Shown piece after piece: positions 9,384-20,197 of a stretch of DNA of 64,000 nucleotides (position 1 is the stretch's first letter; each line of letters begins with the position of its first letter). The position numbers and the translations under genes were made by a program. This stretch comes from an uncultured Gammaproteobacteria bacterium. GTDB taxonomy: Bacteria; Pseudomonadota; Gammaproteobacteria; JAURND01. The notes below the pieces were generated by a model. That model had not been told where the DNA came from, made no database searches, and saw nothing but the letters and a program-made list of their open reading frames with translations. The DNA lies in contig CAVQQD010000001.1 of the NCBI GenBank assembly GCA_963714975.1, positions 1 through 64,000 of the forward strand. The letters are read 5' to 3'.

Positions 9384-10464
9384 CCTCAGTATCCCGGGTC
9401 CAGATCGCACCAACTTTGGCATTTTCCTTGATTCCTCTCCAGATCGATGGGGACGGGTCCTCATGCAGAAACGGGAAAACCTACGAGCGCGCCAGCAGGC
9501 ACGCAAAGCCCGATCGTTGACCGAGTGGGATTTCCTGCTCGGCGTTCACGACGAAACTCGGCTGGGCGCGCTCCGCTTCCGAGATCCGGATTCCGGGCAA
9601 TTCATCGACAGTGACGATCAGTTAGCGGCACCGCCGATCACGTCGTTACGCGACCTTCAGGCCGCGAGCCTTGAGTTCGAAATCCACGCGGAGGATGAAG
9701 AGCATCCTGACTATCAACGATGGCTCGCGCAATTGTTTGCGCCAGGAACATCTTTGGGTGGCGCACGTCCCAAAGCATCCGTCAGAGACGAAGACGGCGC
9801 CCTCTGCCTGGCGAAGTTTCCCAGCCGACAGGATCGGCGTGATGTGGGCGCCTGGGAGTTCGTTGCCCATCGCCTGGCCGCCAGAGCAGGCATCAACGTT
9901 CCGCCAACCCGAGCATTGCGTGTGCCGGAGAGCGCGTATACGACATTCCTCGCGAAAAGATTTGATCGCACTCCCGAGAATCGACGATTGGCATTCGTAT
10001 CAGCGATGACGCTGACGCAACGGAGGGACGGAGAGCCCGGTGCAAGTTACCTCGAACTGATCGACCTGTTGCAATCGCAGGGCGCCAATACCCGCGAAGA
10101 CTCCAGAGAGCTCTTCCGCCGCGTCGTCTTCAGCATTCTGATTCACAATACTGACGATCACCTGCGCAATCATGGGTTCTTCATCGGCGAGCGAGGGATT
10201 ACCCTTTCTCCAGCGTTCGATCTGAATCCTTCGATTGAGCGGGACGAACTCTCACTGGCGATTAACGAAGTCGATTCCGCCTGCGATGTCTCAATCGCCC
10301 TGGAAGCTCACCGGGAGTACGGGATGTCGAAGACTGAAGCGGAAGAAATCGTCGCTCGGACAAGCCGGGTAGTCGCGGAGTGGAGGCACGAAGCAGGCAA
10401 GCTTCGCATCCCTAAAGCGGAGCAGAAGTTAATGGCGCCAGCATTCGAGACGGCGGCCCCATGA
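9384..10464 (+). pseudogene. hipA: HipA-domain kinase toxin, 5'-truncated and interrupted
   Basis: FLDSSPDRWGR, GTSLGGARPKA, AKFP, KRFDR, NTDDHLRNHGF, LSPAFD; only about 6 upstream codons survive at 5013-5030. Confidence 0.88.
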
Positions 10465-10615
10465 AATACCCCGCGAGAGCCACATTTTTCAGAACGTCGG
10501 GCCCTCGGCAATTCCGAAAACCGTTGGCCCAGTCCGTGTACATGCTTTGTACAAACAGGTCTGAGATTCCTGCGAAGACGGGTGATTCCTGCGATTTCGA
10601 TTTCAGTAACTTATA

Positions 10616-12066
10616 CCTGAATCCGGCGTGAAAACGATGGCAGGAATGTGCCTGTGGCCCTGTTGACAGGGGGGTCGAAGCACTTTTTAGATTCGCGCGT
10701 TAACCTAACTTTTGGTGAGGTTAACGTGGGAATACGCAGGTCGCCAAGAAATCTACGAATCGCCTGTGATCACAGGGGTCTGACGCACTTCGGTGGCGTG
10801 TATTTCTTTCATGAATTTCTACAGGTGCTGAAGATCCGCCGATTCCTGACCCAGAATCTCGACTACCCACGGCGCAATCAGCGATACAGTTTGGCGCAGA
10901 TGATTCTGGCTTTGGTCTACCCCTTAGTGCTGGGTCTGGATCGCCTGGAGACCGCGTCATTCCTACGTTCCAACGGCACGTTTCAATATTTGACCGGGCT
11001 GCAAAGCTTCCCCGATCCGCAGACGTTGCGCCGTTTCTTGCTGCAGGCTCCCGACTCATTCTTACGGCAGATGCACCGCGCAAATGATCGACTGCTGCAG
11101 AACTTCATTCAGCTACCCAGCCACCGATCTCGCCTGATCTTCGATCTCGACAGCACCGTGGTCACTGTCTTTGGGCGTCAGCAGAAGGCAGAGGTCGGCT
11201 ACAATCCCCGTTATCGGGGCAAGCGTTCCTACAATCCGCTATTGTGCCTGGAGGCCAACTCCTCCTATCTGTGGGATACCGAACTGCGGCCAGGCAATGC
11301 TGGCACATGGGATGGCAGCGTTGAAGTGTTGGCGTCTTGTTTCGTCAACATACCATCGGATATTCGGGAGCTGCGCGTGCGGGCGGATGCCGGGTTTGGT
11401 TTCAATCCGGTCCTGGAGATTCTCGAGGCCAGAGCCGCGCGGTATGCGGTCGTGGCCCGCCTGACCCAAGCATTCAAGCGATTGCTTCCGGGCTTACGAT
11501 ATGAATCCGTCAACAAGGAGTGGGAGATGGCCGCGTTCGATCACCGATCCCACGGTTGGCCGCACGCCCGTCAATTCGTGGTGGCACGAAGATTCATTCC
11601 CGACGATGAAGTTGAAACCACGCTCTTCACCATGGGTCGCTACATGTATCGCGCCTGGGTAACCAATATGGATCTGACGCCGGCCGGCATCTGGCATTTT
11701 TATGACGGGCGTGCCGCTATGGAGCCAAGGATCTGTGAACTACGCGAAGATTATGCATTGCGGAAGATCCCGACCTCCTCGTTTGCGGCCAACGCGCTGT
11801 ACCTGGAAATCATTCGGCTTGCCTACAACTTGGTCACTGCGTTTCAGCGGAATTGCCTGGAGGAATCCTGGCAGAGCTTGACGCTTCAAAAGCTACGCTA
11901 CAAACTGTTCTTGCTCCCAGGTGAACTGACTCGCCCCCAGAACCGCCCAGTTCTTCGCCTCCGAGAGTCGCCGCTGCTACAGAATCTGACTAATGACATC
12001 CTGCGCAAGGTTCACCGACTGAAACCGATCCAGATCTAGAAACGCAATCTTCACGCCGGATTCAGG
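10616..12066 (+). mobile_element. IS1380-family element, complete
   Basis: 17-bp IR cctgaatccggcgtgaa/ttcacgccggattcagg; 5-bp target duplication TTATA at 10611-10615 and 12067-12071. Confidence 0.95.
10726..12039 (+). CDS. IS1380-family transposase
   Basis: LTHFGG, FDLDSTV, GYNP..GKRSYNPL, LRPGN, VRADAGF, FYDGRAAME. Confidence 0.93.
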   Translation: MGIRRSPRNLRIACDHRGLTHFGGVYFFHEFLQVLKIRRFLTQNLDYPRRNQRYSLAQMILALVYPLVLGLDRLETASFLRSNGTFQYLTGLQSFPDPQTLRRFLLQAPDSFLRQMHRANDRLLQNFIQLPSHRSRLIFDLDSTVVTVFGRQQKAEVGYNPRYRGKRSYNPLLCLEANSSYLWDTELRPGNAGTWDGSVEVLASCFVNIPSDIRELRVRADAGFGFNPVLEILEARAARYAVVARLTQAFKRLLPGLRYESVNKEWEMAAFDHRSHGWPHARQFVVARRFIPDDEVETTLFTMGRYMYRAWVTNMDLTPAGIWHFYDGRAAMEPRICELREDYALRKIPTSSFAANALYLEIIRLAYNLVTAFQRNCLEESWQSLTLQKLRYKLFLLPGELTRPQNRPVLRLRESPLLQNLTNDILRKVHRLKPIQI

Positions 12067-12397
12067 TTATAGAGAACACGAGAAGGGGGAAATCCGGGTT
12101 CGATCCCCGTTAGCGCTACCAACTCCCGTGGAATCAAAAACTTAGAATTTGGCCGTACCAAGGCTGGAATCCAAAAGGATTCGGACAGTGGGGAGCCGGG
12201 GATTGCGCCTTTGATGTTAGCCGCAAAGGAAAATTACTGCCAAGAATTCAGCAAATCAGCATATACTATTGTGGCCGAACGATCCGCGTCGTTGACCGAT
12301 TCACGCCGGTGTGTGTGGTCACTCTCGCGGGCCTTCAGTAACCGCAGTCGCGAACCGAGCGTACGCCTGCCAATTCAGTGCCCAGTGCCGCTGAGCC

Positions 12398-12868
12398 TCA
12401 ACCGTACGTAAGGTCGGTGCTCTGGCCGACCTCAATGATATAACCGTCAGGGTCGCGAATATAGCAGCGCGTTTCGCCATATTTCGGAATCGGCTCGGTG
12501 AGGAACTCGGCCCCTCGACTTTTCCATAATTTGTAGCAAGCCTGAATGTCCGCTACCCTGATATTCATAAAGCTGTTGATCTTATTCGGGTCGGGGACGC
12601 TTAGCGTTACCGTCGGCTTGTTCACGGTAGGCCCACCTCCGACGTTGACAAGCAGCCACGTATTCGCGATCTGAACGTAGGCAGGCGCGCCTTCGCTGTC
12701 GCCTCTGCTCAGGATGCGGCCATCAAAGACCTTTTCGTAGAAGCGAGCTGATCGGTCGATGTCGGCTACGGTAAGGAAATGTGCAACGCTGAACCCCTCC
12801 CGCGGGGGCATCTCATAGCTTTTTTGTTCAATTTGTACGCTGTTCATTGACGACTCCATGTTTTTCAT
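12398..12868 (-). CDS. VOC/glyoxalase family protein
   Basis: LTVADIDRSARFYEKVF, CYIRDPDGYIIEV. Confidence 0.9.
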   Translation of the reverse strand: MKNMESSMNSVQIEQKSYEMPPREGFSVAHFLTVADIDRSARFYEKVFDGRILSRGDSEGAPAYVQIANTWLLVNVGGGPTVNKPTVTLSVPDPNKINSFMNIRVADIQACYKLWKSRGAEFLTEPIPKYGETRCYIRDPDGYIIEVGQSTDLTYG

Positions 12869-12908
12869 TCCGATTCTCCTTGTCCCCACTCGCGGGCGAG
12901 CGTTCCCA

Positions 12909-13763
12909 TTAGCCGCCCGGGAATCCAAACATCAACCACGACTGGTTGGCTGCCCAGTGGGGGTAGAGCCTGGTCATATGGTCGAACAACTCTTTGTCAG
13001 ACGCCGTGCTCTGCCGCAGTCGGTCAAAGTCGAGTAGATATTGTTTCGTGTCCTCGATCGCCGACGGCGAGTCGGGCGCACCAGGCTTCTTGTGACCGGC
13101 GACAACTATCGCCGGCTTCAGCGCTGCCAGCCGGTCCAGCGCCGCGACCCAGTTCTTGCGGCTCTCGGGCGTGGTGTCGCCGACATACATGTGGCACTGG
13201 TTGTAGACCACGTCGCCAGCGACGACCAGGCCGATCGATGGAACGTATAGAGACGTCGTATCGGCGCTATCGGTGTGGCCCTGCTCGAGAATGCGTAATT
13301 CCTGGCCCTCCAGAGTGAACCTGTCGTGCTCATAGGCCTGGGGTGCAACAAATTTAGTAGCCAATTGCCCGGGAAACAATCGGCGCGCAAGCCGCTCTAC
13401 CGGGGGAGTGAAAGACGCCTGCATCGCGCTCAAGGTCTTGGACGTTGCTATCGCCCGAGCGCCAGGGAAACGGTCGAGCAGAATGCTCAGACCGTAGAAG
13501 TGGTCAAAATGCCCGTGCGTTATATAGATGGTTTCGAGGTTGCGGTTGTGCAGGGCAACCCAGTCAGCGAGCGTCTCCGCCTCAGCCACGGTCGTCATTG
13601 CATCGACCAGCACAGCGTCGTATTCGCCGAAGATTAGGGTCAACGTCATCGGGTCGAAGCCAAACGCTTCGCCGAAGGGCTTTGGCGGCTCGCCTACCAT
13701 CACCTTGCCCGGCGCTGTAAAAACGTTAACGCCAAGCGTGTTCGACGTGACGGGGACTGTCAT
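12909..13763 (-). CDS. MBL-fold metallo-hydrolase
   Basis: THGHFDH, GHT, AGDVVYN, VAGH. Confidence 0.92.
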   Translation of the reverse strand: MTVPVTSNTLGVNVFTAPGKVMVGEPPKPFGEAFGFDPMTLTLIFGEYDAVLVDAMTTVAEAETLADWVALHNRNLETIYITHGHFDHFYGLSILLDRFPGARAIATSKTLSAMQASFTPPVERLARRLFPGQLATKFVAPQAYEHDRFTLEGQELRILEQGHTDSADTTSLYVPSIGLVVAGDVVYNQCHMYVGDTTPESRKNWVAALDRLAALKPAIVVAGHKKPGAPDSPSAIEDTKQYLLDFDRLRQSTASDKELFDHMTRLYPHWAANQSWLMFGFPGG

Positions 13764-14448
13764 GGGTCTCTCCTTAGGCTCATGGGTGTCTTAGGCCCGA
13801 ACTCTTAACGAAGCGGATTTGCGTTTCGCGCCCCCCAGCCTAGCCAAACGATGCAATCGCCGGGCCCACACGAAAACGCTGAAATTACGGGAGAAGTCGG
13901 ACGATGTCGAAGACAGGCGGCGGGGGCGGAGTCGAATGGCGGACACGAGACCGGAGACCGGCGGTTGATATCGCGGCGACTTGGTAGGTCAGCCTCAAGC
14001 GCGGCGGGCAAGTCGAAATCCGGTTCCGGCCCTGGGTGGATGCCGTTTGGTCGTCCGCTACCAGAACTATCACGTGAATGGTAGCCCCGCTACTCGGGGC
14101 GGGCAGAGAGCTTACAATGGATGCGTACTTGCGTGCGATGCTGACTCCGTTTGTCACGACGCGCGTCGGCCATGTGTTGGAGAAAGTCGGACTGCAATCC
14201 TGAAAAACTCGTCTTCTTTGCGCTCGGTGAATTCTCGCCCGTAGGATGGCTTCGTAAGCCACCTGGAATCACGGCGTCAACGGATTTCTAAAGGTGAACG
14301 CATGACCGAATCTGCCAAGTCAAAGATTGCCCTTCGGCCGGCGAAATCAGCCGGCGCGGCTTCATTGCAGTCGATCCTCCACACGGAGGAATACAGCGAC
14401 GCTGTTCTCGCCCGCCGAATAGCGCGAACGAGTCGCCGATAGCGCGAA

Positions 14449-14629
14449 ATGCGGGCCGTACCAACCTTGGATGCTGGCAACACCTTTGGCAGTCCTCTTT
14501 TCCTTTGGTGCATTATCGCAGACCCAGCTTGCGACTGTATCCGGCACTATCACCGACCCCAGTGGAGCAGTTGTCCCTGGCGTTAGCGTAGCGATTGCCA
14601 GCCAAGGCACCGGATTGAAACGGAGCGTT
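14449..14629 (+). pseudogene. TonB-dependent receptor fragment 1 (signal peptide and carboxypeptidase-regulatory-like domain)
   Basis: ATVSGTITDPSGAVVPGVSVAI. Confidence 0.75.
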
Positions 14630-14654
14630 GAGATTGAATTCCACCACGCGACCT

Positions 14655-16340
14655 TCAGAACGTAAACCGGCCGGTCAGTTGAAGCTGGCGGCCGGTGCCG
14701 ACCGTGGTCAGGATTTGGCCTGCGTTAGCGGCAAAATGCCCCGCCGCATCCTTGAAGACGGCATCCCCATTACCCCCGAAGGAAAGTGGGCTTTGTGTAT
14801 TACTGGGAACACCAAGATTCGGATGGTTGAACAGATTATAGGCTTCTATTCCAACTGCAATCTCCCGGTGTTCAGCGATCCTAAAATCCTTGTGCAGTGC
14901 CGGGTCAAATTGCGCGAACGCCGGCCCCCGCAGGATATTTCGTCCGGCATTGCCAAACTGACCGGCCGGCGGCACCGCAAAAGCACTTGGATTAAACCAG
15001 CATGACGAAGTACCAACTCTGGCCCCGTTCGGACAGACACCCGCGTAGGGATTGCCAACAAGGTTCGGGCGTTCCGCAGTAGTGAGCGATTGCAGATCGG
15101 CATTGTCGAAGGCTAGTACCGGGGTAAATGGGGAACCGCTATGAACGCTGGCTACAGCCGAGACCTGCCAGCCGCCCAGGAGACGTCCGTGTCCGGGCAG
15201 CGCGTAAACGACATTTGCCACGAAATTATGCCGAATGTCGAAATCTGACGGGCCTCGGCTTCCCTTGCGATCGAAAATGTTCTGCGATCCGGGGGAATCG
15301 TTCACGGATTCCACGGAAAAATCCACCGAAGCATCATCCACGGAATGGGCTAGCGTATACGACGCCTGCCAGAAAAGGTTATGTGCATAGCGTTTCGAAA
15401 CAGACACCTGAAAGGAGTTATAGAAGGATTGCGCGTCCGTCAACATCCGTTAGCAGAGGTGACTGCCAGGTTCGGATTGTAGCGATGGCCTAACGCCGGC
15501 TCAAAGGGGTTCTCCTCGGCTTGGCGGGTGAGGTGATTGCCGCGCGTGCCAAAGTATCCCGCGCTGAGGATCATGCCCTGCGCGAGTTCCCGTTCCACGT
15601 TGAGGTTATACTCCAGCGCATATGGGAATTTCGGGCGGTATGTTGCCGCAAAAGCGTCGAGCGGCTGGGTCAGGACAGCATTTTGTGGGTTTAGAAATTG
15701 AGGGAAAACGAATTCCTCCAGACCGAAAAAAGGCGGTAGCAGCCCGTTGAGACCGAACAGGATCGCCGGGAGTTGGTCGCGATAGATGCCGAATCCGCTC
15801 CGCACCACAGTTTTACCGTCGCCCGAAGACATTCCATGCAAAGCCTGCCTGGGGCGACAGAAGATCCAGCGGTGTCCCGGCAAATAGCTTGCCGACGGTT
15901 GGGACGGAATCCGTCGCTGGGTTTGGAAAAGCTGAGAGACGTCCGAATGCCTCGGTCGGATTAGAGTAGAAATCGTAGCGCAACCCGATATTTACGGTTA
16001 AGCGGCTGTTCACGCGTATGAAGTCCTGGGCAAAACCAGACGCGATTGTTTCACGGTATCCGCGGTCAGAATCGGCGTTGGAGGGATTGACCCCCACGTA
16101 CGACAGAGGCAAACCCTCGAGGAAAAATTCGAAGGCAGTGTTCATGCTAGATGCCGGCAAACCGAAGGGAGTCAAATCCTGGAAGCCGTACAGTCCGTTG
16201 ACAGCGAAATCCAGCGTCCCGTTGTTTTGGAGCCTTCTAAACTCCACGCCGAATTTCAAGGTGTGACGGCCAATCGTATGCGACAGTTGGTCTTGAAACT
16301 GATAAGCCGTCGAAAAATCGGCTATAGGAAATACGGGCTG
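14655..16340 (-). pseudogene. TonB-dependent receptor fragment 2 (C-terminal barrel, inverted, frameshifted)
   Basis: HTLKFGVEFRR, FAQDFIRVNSRLTVNIGLRYD, GNAGRNILRGP, ends GRQLQLTGRFTF. Confidence 0.85.
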
Positions 16341-16347
16341 TTGCCTA

Positions 16348-16913
16348 GCAACTAGCACCGGACTACTTCCCGAACAGAGCCTGGGGGACTCCCCCTCGAC
16401 AACCGCGATCTTTTTAGTGCGGTTACGCTGCAGCCGGGAGTCGCGCCTAACCCCAGCAGTGGTCCTTCGTTGCTTTCGAGCGGCAAGTCCGCGCAAGTGG
16501 CAATCAACGGCTCACGTCCGCTATTCGCCCGCGGGTGCTTCCGGATTTTTTCTCGGGCTGAATGAACTTGCCGAGGTCCGCGTTCTCACTCAAACGTTCA
16601 ACGCGGAGTACGAGGGGCATGGCGGAGCAGTTATCGAGATGGTCACCAAGTCAGGCAGTAACCAATTTCACGGATCCTTGTGGGAGTTGCATCGGGATGC
16701 GTCGATCGACGCTAAGAACTATTTTGATTTGGGCAAAAGTCCGATTCCGCAATTCGTTCGGAACCAGTTCGGCACCGGAATTGGAGGGCCGCTCAAGCGC
16801 GATCATACGTTCTTCTTTGTAAACTATGAGGGGCTTCGCGAAGTACAGGCGACCACGGCGATCGCCACGGTACCCAACGCCCTCGCCCATCTAGGACTGC
16901 TGCCATCCTCTAG
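16348..16913 (+). pseudogene. TonB-dependent receptor fragment 3 (plug and early barrel), cut by IS
   Basis: PLDNRDLF..LQPGV, EVRVLTQTFNAEY, VTKSGSNQFHGS, RNQFG..GGPLKRD. Confidence 0.8.
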
Positions 16914-17077
16914 TCTAGAGTTTTGCACTTTTTGAAGGCTCGCGTCCCCTGGCCGTAGCTTGTTCCGCTTGGCTCCGCCCTTGGAAACCGCTGCCGTTTG
17001 CTCCAAACATTTTTTGACGTTTTGTCAGTTTTCTCTTGCATCCAAGGCTGATTTATGATATCTTTCATAGTTAATAA

Positions 17078-17422
17078 ATGAAAGATAAGGTTGCTCAACT
17101 TACCGCTTCACGCAAGCAACTCATTCAGAAGATGCCTGACCCTTCCGCCATCTTGCCGGGTTCCTTATTGAGCCGTATGGTGCGCTGTAATAAGCCCGGT
17201 TGCCGTTTTTGCGAGAAGAGCAAGGGCAAAGGCCACGGACCGATCTGGATTCTCTCCGTCAGTCTCGGCAATCGCCAGGTACGCCAAGTCCCCATCCCCA
17301 GCGAGCTGAAAGAAGAGGTGGAGGAAAGCCTGCGCGCGTTCGCTCAGACGCAAGCACTACTGAAGCAGATCGCGCAAGTGAACTTCGAGCTTTTGAAGGA
17401 ACGTAAGCGCCAGCGATCGTAA
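17078..17422 (+). CDS. DUF6788-like small transposon accessory protein
   Basis: GSL..RCNKPGCRFC..GHGP; directly upstream of the transposase. Confidence 0.75.
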   Translation: MKDKVAQLTASRKQLIQKMPDPSAILPGSLLSRMVRCNKPGCRFCEKSKGKGHGPIWILSVSLGNRQVRQVPIPSELKEEVEESLRAFAQTQALLKQIAQVNFELLKERKRQRS

Positions 17423-17481
17423 GGTCTTTTTTTTGCGCTCTTTATCTTTCATTTATTAGAAATGAAAGAAAAGGACGCTCG

Positions 17482-18486
17482 ATGCCCGATCTCTTGGTCC
17501 GTTCCTTCGCTCCACTCCTGCTCGCTTTTCAATCGTGCTTCACTCAGCCGAGCTTCCAGTCCTTCTGGGCCGTGACCTGCGCCTGGATCCTCTGCTCGGG
17601 CCGCCGTTCCCTCACTCGCATCATTCAATCCGGGCAACTGACCGAGTTCAAACACTACTGCTCGTTCCATCGCTTCTTCAGCCAGGCCCGTTGGAGCCTT
17701 GACGATCTGGGCCACTGCGTCTTCCAACTCCTGTTACCTTTTTGCGCAGAGGTTCTGGTCGCTGCGGTCGACGATACCTTGGCCCGCAAATCCGGGCGCC
17801 ACATCTGGGGCGCCGGCATGCACCACGATCCCTTGCGTTCTACCCAGAAACGCCCCTTCTTCGCCTTCGGCCACAACTTCGTGGTCTTCTCTTTGCAAGT
17901 GGCCTTGCCCTTCGCTCCTGACAAATACTGGGCTTTCCCCATCCTCGTTCGCATGTACCGCAAGCGCCAGACCAACCAGCGCGCACCCGGCAAAGGGGGA
18001 AAACTGGAGCGCAAACAAACCGGCCAGGCCACCGCCAAGCAATATCGCACCCGTCCCGAACTGGCCCTGGAGATGATTCAGACCGTGGCCAGTTGGATTC
18101 CCCAGCGCATGCTTCGCGTCCTCGGAGATAGCGAGTATGCCGGCCAATCCATTAGCCGCCACCTTCCCCCCAACGCGAAGTTGATCAGCCGCATGAACAT
18201 GAAGGCCGCTCTCTATGAACCCGCCGGGAAGATTGCCAAACGGGGGCGACGCCGCAAGAAAGGCAATCGCTTGCCGAGTCCTCTACAGATGGCGCAAGGC
18301 AAAAAAGCGAAATGGATCAAGACCACCGTCGCGCTCTATGGAAAGCAGGTCAAGCTCTGGTACCAAACCATCGATGCCCTGTGGTACCCCAGCGCCGGCC
18401 AACAACTCCTCCGCATCGTCGTGGTGCGCGACCCCAGCGGCCGCCGCCGTGATGATTGCTTCTTCTCACTGGATCTCGCCCTAACA
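17482..18486 (+). pseudogene. IS701-like transposase, 5' part
   Basis: VDDTLARKSGRHIWG, GHNFV, GDSEY; interrupted after FFSLDLALT. Confidence 0.85.
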
Positions 18487-19344
18487 CCTGAATCCGGCGT
18501 GAAAACGATGGCAGGAATGTGCCTGTGGCCCTGTTGACAGGGGGTCGAAGCACTTTTTAGATTCGCGCGTTAACCTAACTTTGGGTGAGGTTAACGTGGG
18601 AATACGCAGGTCGCCAAGAAATCTACGAATCGCCTGTGATCACAGGGGTCTGACGCACTTCGGTGGCGTGTATTTCTTTCATGAATTTCTACAGGTGCTG
18701 AAGATCCGCCGATTCCTGACCCAGAATCTCGACTACCCACGGCGCAATCAGCGATACAGTTTGGCGCAGATGATTCTGGCTTTGGTCTACCCCTTAGTGC
18801 TGGGTCTGGATCGCCTGGAGACCGCGTCATTCCTACGTTCCAACGGCACGTTTCAATATTTGACCGGGCTGCAAAGCTTCCCCGATCCGCAGACGTTGCG
18901 CCGTTTCTTGCTGCAGGCTCCCGACTCATTCTTACGGCAGATGCACCGCGCAAATGATCGACTGCTGCAGAACTTCATTCAGCTACCCAGCCACCGATCT
19001 CGCCTGATCTTCGATCTCGACAGCACCGTGGTCACTGTCTTTGGGCGTCAGCAGAAGGCAGAGGTCGGCTACAATCCCCGTTATCGGGGCAAGCGTTCCT
19101 ACAATCCGCTATTGTGCCTGGAGGCCAACTCCTCCTATCTGTGGGATACCGAACTGCGGCCAGGCAATGCTGGCACATGGGATGGCAGCGTTGAAGTGTT
19201 AGCGTCTTGTTTCGTCAACATACCATCGGATATTCGGGAGCTGCGCGTGCGGGCGGATGCCGGGTTTGGTTTCAATCCGGTCCTGGAGATTCTCGAGGCC
19301 AGAGCCGCGCGGTATGCGGTCGTGGCCCGCCTGACCCAAGCATT
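18487..19344 (+). mobile_element. Truncated second copy of the IS1380 element
   Basis: Near-identical to the first about 860 bp of the copy starting at 10616; cut by the IS21 end. Confidence 0.93.
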
Positions 19345-19508
19345 TGCGGATTCCGACGATGTGAATAACCGATTCCGGGCTGATGTGAATAATTTCTGAG
19401 CGTCGCGGCGCTGACAGTTTTGATGATGCCGAGATTATTCACATGAGTCAAGCGGCGGGGCCGCCGGAGGCGGCCGGCTTCTTGATGGTGGGGTGTATCA
19501 AACAGCAT

Positions 19509-20197
19509 TATTTCGTAACCCTTATTTCGTCTGATTTGCGCGGGGACTCGAAACCGCGCCATTGCCGTTCGGCGTCCCGGACCCGGCGTTCGACATGCAC
19601 CCAGTAGCCTCGGCGAGATGTCCTGCTTGACCTCATCGAAGAGTGCGGCGAAGTAGCGCAAGCTGGTGATGGGTGTCCCGCGGCCGTTGTTGATCAGTGC
19701 GACGTACTTCCGAAGCGAGCCCAGCAGAATCGCGTGTTCGAGCATCCGCGATGGCCACGCCGGCAGTGGAAAAGCTCGGTCGCGATTTTCTCGTCCGCGG
19801 CAGTGAAAGCGCTCCGGACACAGCGCCGTTCCAGGAAGGCGCGCTTTAGCTGGTTGATATAGGTGGCGAGGTTTTCCGCTTGCTGGCCAGTTGGCGCCCG
19901 CTCGTATGGCCAGTAGCGATCCGCAATCTGAATGGCTCCGTCCGGCGTTGGCTGACCTATTTCAGACTGAAATAGGTCTCGCAGATTTGCGCGGATCTCG
20001 GCTTCCGTCTTGCCCAAGACGCGAGCGATTTCGTTGGGTTCGATCCGGATTGCGCCAAGGCTGCGGTCGGCGTTCAGACAGATCCACATGAACAGCCTGA
20101 ACGCGCCGTCGGAAAGCAGACTGAGCGCTTGAGCGACTTCCTTTCCGGCGGCGAACCAACCGGTTGGCTGTTTGAGTCGTAGCTGTGACCCGGTCAT
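19509..20197 (-). CDS. IS21 passenger: winged-helix N-terminus plus conserved C-domain (frameshifted)
   Basis: ATGA-coupled to istB; LSDGAFRLFMWICLNAD..EIARVLGKT; LEHAILLG..ITSLRYF..DEV; 3' end approximate. Confidence 0.7.

Larger units (their letters stand above)
10537..12174 (+). repeat. attP-like repeat copy B, split by IS1380 (core at 12083-12121)
   Basis: tgtaca/tttgtacaa, ctgagattcctgcga, tttcagtaactta, then the IS, then aaatccgggttcgatccccgttagcgctacca, aatcaaaaactta, ggctggaatccaa. Confidence 0.85.
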
